Positions 62,333-64,000 of a DNA stretch of 64,000 nucleotides are shown piece by piece. The translations under genes were made by a program, and so were the position numbers. The notes beneath the pieces were generated by a model. The model did no database searches. It saw nothing but the letters and a program-made list of their open reading frames with translations, and had not been told where the DNA came from. Origin of the DNA: a virus; IMG/VR virus record IMGVR_UViG_3300045988_156843. One strand, 5' to 3'. Position 1 is the first letter of the stretch, and each line of letters begins with the position of its first letter.

Positions 62333-63340
62333 TCAGGACACGTTAATATTAAATTTTTCTTTTATAAAAGACAGGATGTGTACAATTACATCTACTGTCC
62401 AACCGTTACCAAGCATCCGGTATTGTTGTGTGTCGGAGCATTCCCATTTATACCAATCGGGGATCGTTTGCAATCGGGCGCATTCGGTAGGAGTCAGACG
62501 ACGTATTCTTGCAATCATGCCGTCCCTTAAAATCCTCACATAATTGTCATTATCCCCCATTTTATGGACACGTTGATTAATTGTCCTACATTTCACTGCG
62601 AATGGAAATTCAAATGGTTCAAACTTATAGGGGGTGAAAGTTTCCGTTTTCTTTCTTGATGCAAGACAGGAGACCATTTTATCACTCAGATAAAACTTAT
62701 CGTCCACTTCATCTTCAAGTATATCTTTCAACAAGACTCCTTTATCCACAGGCTGCGGTATGTCCGAATGCAGCTCACCAAACAGTCCATTTCTCCTCGT
62801 CCGGATATTCGTCCAATATATGCGCCTCCGATTCTGTGCTGATACCAAGGCGGAATTGATATGCACACCATATACACCGATAGCCTCGCTTAATACCCTT
62901 TCCCATTTCTTACCCATTTCTACGTTTTCCAACAAGAACAGCACATTCGGATTGTATTTACGAATATCGGTTAGGATACGCATATACTCCCAAAACAGAT
63001 AAGACTCTCCTTCGAATTGAATGCCTTCCTCTTTTAATTCCAGGTAGCGATTTAGGGTGTATATCTCCTCTTTGTCGGCAGTGGACATCCCGACACGTTT
63101 TCCGGCAAAAGAGAATGACTGACAAGGGCTGCCACCTATCAACAAGTCAATAGGCTCCAACTGAGATACATCTACCCGGTTGACATCTCCGAGCTGAATT
63201 GTGTTCGGGAAGTTCAGTTGTGTCTGCTTGATGGCATGCTTGTCTACCTCGGATGCGTAGTACTTTTCCGGGATAATACCAAGCTGTTTTAAGGCTATTT
63301 GCCCACAACTCATGCCGTCAAATAAACTAAGTACTTTCAT
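62333..63340 (-). CDS. DNA (cytosine-5)-methyltransferase
   Basis: Motif I (LSLFDGMSCG), motif IV (GGSPCQSFSFAG), motif VI (LLENV), motif VIII (AQNRRRIYW) and motif X (MLGNGWTV). Confidence 0.9.
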   Translation of the reverse strand: MKVLSLFDGMSCGQIALKQLGIIPEKYYASEVDKHAIKQTQLNFPNTIQLGDVNRVDVSQLEPIDLLIGGSPCQSFSFAGKRVGMSTADKEEIYTLNRYLELKEEGIQFEGESYLFWEYMRILTDIRKYNPNVLFLLENVEMGKKWERVLSEAIGVYGVHINSALVSAQNRRRIYWTNIRTRRNGLFGELHSDIPQPVDKGVLLKDILEDEVDDKFYLSDKMVSCLASRKKTETFTPYKFEPFEFPFAVKCRTINQRVHKMGDNDNYVRILRDGMIARIRRLTPTECARLQTIPDWYKWECSDTQQYRMLGNGWTVDVIVHILSFIKEKFNINVS

Positions 63341-63352
63341 TACTTTTTTTAT

Positions 63353-63664
63353 TTATCGTTCTAACATACATTGTTCACACAGATGCAAAAAATCGTTTCC
63401 TCGCAATTTTGAAGCAACTTCAGAGGATATATCATAAGCAAGCTCGCCTAATTCTTCACCTAAATAATAGGTATCATCTTTAAGACAGGCAAAATCTTCA
63501 TCATTCTCAATTTGCTCTTTGAAGTAGGCAAAACCAGATTCTTCATCACTAAATAAATCAATCCATATCCAACTACTTTTGTTGATACCGTCAAATTGAC
63601 GTTTGAGTAGTTGATATACTACTTTCAAGAAATCTTCTTTCATAATTACTTCATTTTTAATCAT
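63353..63664 (-). CDS. hypothetical acidic protein
   Basis: 103-aa ORF in the array. Confidence 0.45.
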   Translation of the reverse strand: MIKNEVIMKEDFLKVVYQLLKRQFDGINKSSWIWIDLFSDEESGFAYFKEQIENDEDFACLKDDTYYLGEELGELAYDISSEVASKLRGNDFLHLCEQCMLER

Positions 63665-63999
63665 TAGTTAATTACTTTTGCCAACTTATTAAAAGCCTTC
63701 TCTTTATCAAACTTAATCCCATCTTTGAACTCTAATATCAACTGCCAAAATTGTTTTTTATAAACATCACCTGCTTTATAGTCAGTTTTATAATGACATT
63801 CCTGCGGGGTAGTCATTTCCTTAAATGTATTCATCGCATTAAGATATGTGGCTCCCCATTCTGTGAGCTCTACACTAACGGTATCATTCAAATCTATTTC
63901 TATTAACTTACAAATCTCTATTTTGTGAGTTTCTTCCTTTGCAACAAGAGCAGCTTGTAAACTCTCTATCTGGTCTTTTAGAATTTCGATTTCACTCAT
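63664..63999 (-). CDS. hypothetical protein
   Basis: 111-aa ORF whose ATG sits one base from the window edge. The true start could lie beyond the window. Confidence 0.4.
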   Translation of the reverse strand: MSEIEILKDQIESLQAALVAKEETHKIEICKLIEIDLNDTVSVELTEWGATYLNAMNTFKEMTTPQECHYKTDYKAGDVYKKQFWQLILEFKDGIKFDKEKAFNKLAKVIN

Positions 64000-64000
64000 A

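Noticed and set aside
1-64000. Lysogeny module (integrase, repressor, attP) or prophage-host junction
   Set aside because: No tyrosine or serine recombinase motifs and no host-like genes were seen. Only small HTH proteins are present. Lifestyle cannot be decided from this window.
1-64000. Stop-codon reassignment (TAG/TGA recoding, as in some gut phages)
   Set aside because: Very long ORFs (1907, 1655 and 1273 aa) and tightly abutting genes are intact under the standard code. No suppressor tRNA was seen.

Overview
The whole 64-kb window is tailed-phage DNA. It is low in G+C (about one third by eye) and tightly packed with ORFs. Most genes lack a Shine-Dalgarno sequence, and several TAnnTTTG-type -7 boxes are present. 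Together with DUF4494- and TIGR02757-like genes, this makes a Bacteroidota host my inference, not a demonstrated fact. All functional calls rest on motif recognition by eye; no searches were possible.

Layout:
1. 1-7.9 kb (+): early/recombination genes (SSB-like, RecT-like, MBL-fold nuclease, RuvC-like resolvase, many small unknowns).
2. 7.9-11.9 kb (+): a G+C-richer accessory island. It has twin terminators, a ~310-nt untranslated region, a TIGR02757/DUF2400 glycosylase-superfamily fusion, MazG, an AP2-like gene, a solo IS200/IS605-type tnpB, and then an M15 endolysin.
3. 11.9-27.4 kb (-): an odd hairpin-punctuated cluster, the 1907-aa tape measure, a frameshifted chaperone pair, tail tube, neck, capsid and scaffold.
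4. 27.5-50.6 kb (+): terminase, portal and a long tail-fibre region.
5. 50.6-64 kb (-): replication/early module (prim-pol/helicase, initiator with internal iterons, beta clamp, C5 methyltransferase).

Headline observations:
- A complete diversity-generating retroelement. VR is 35386-35494 and TR is 35641-35749, with 12/12 mismatches at TR adenines, and the RT is at 35896-37269. No Avd gene is recognisable.
- A separate invertible 483-bp segment bounded by perfect 72-bp inverted repeats. Inversion would swap the last ~80 aa of a 1655-aa fibre for a silent alternative tip. No recombinase is recognisable anywhere in the window.
- A phage-borne TnpB with intact RuvC residues wedged next to the endolysin.
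- Lambda-like iterons inside the replication initiator gene.
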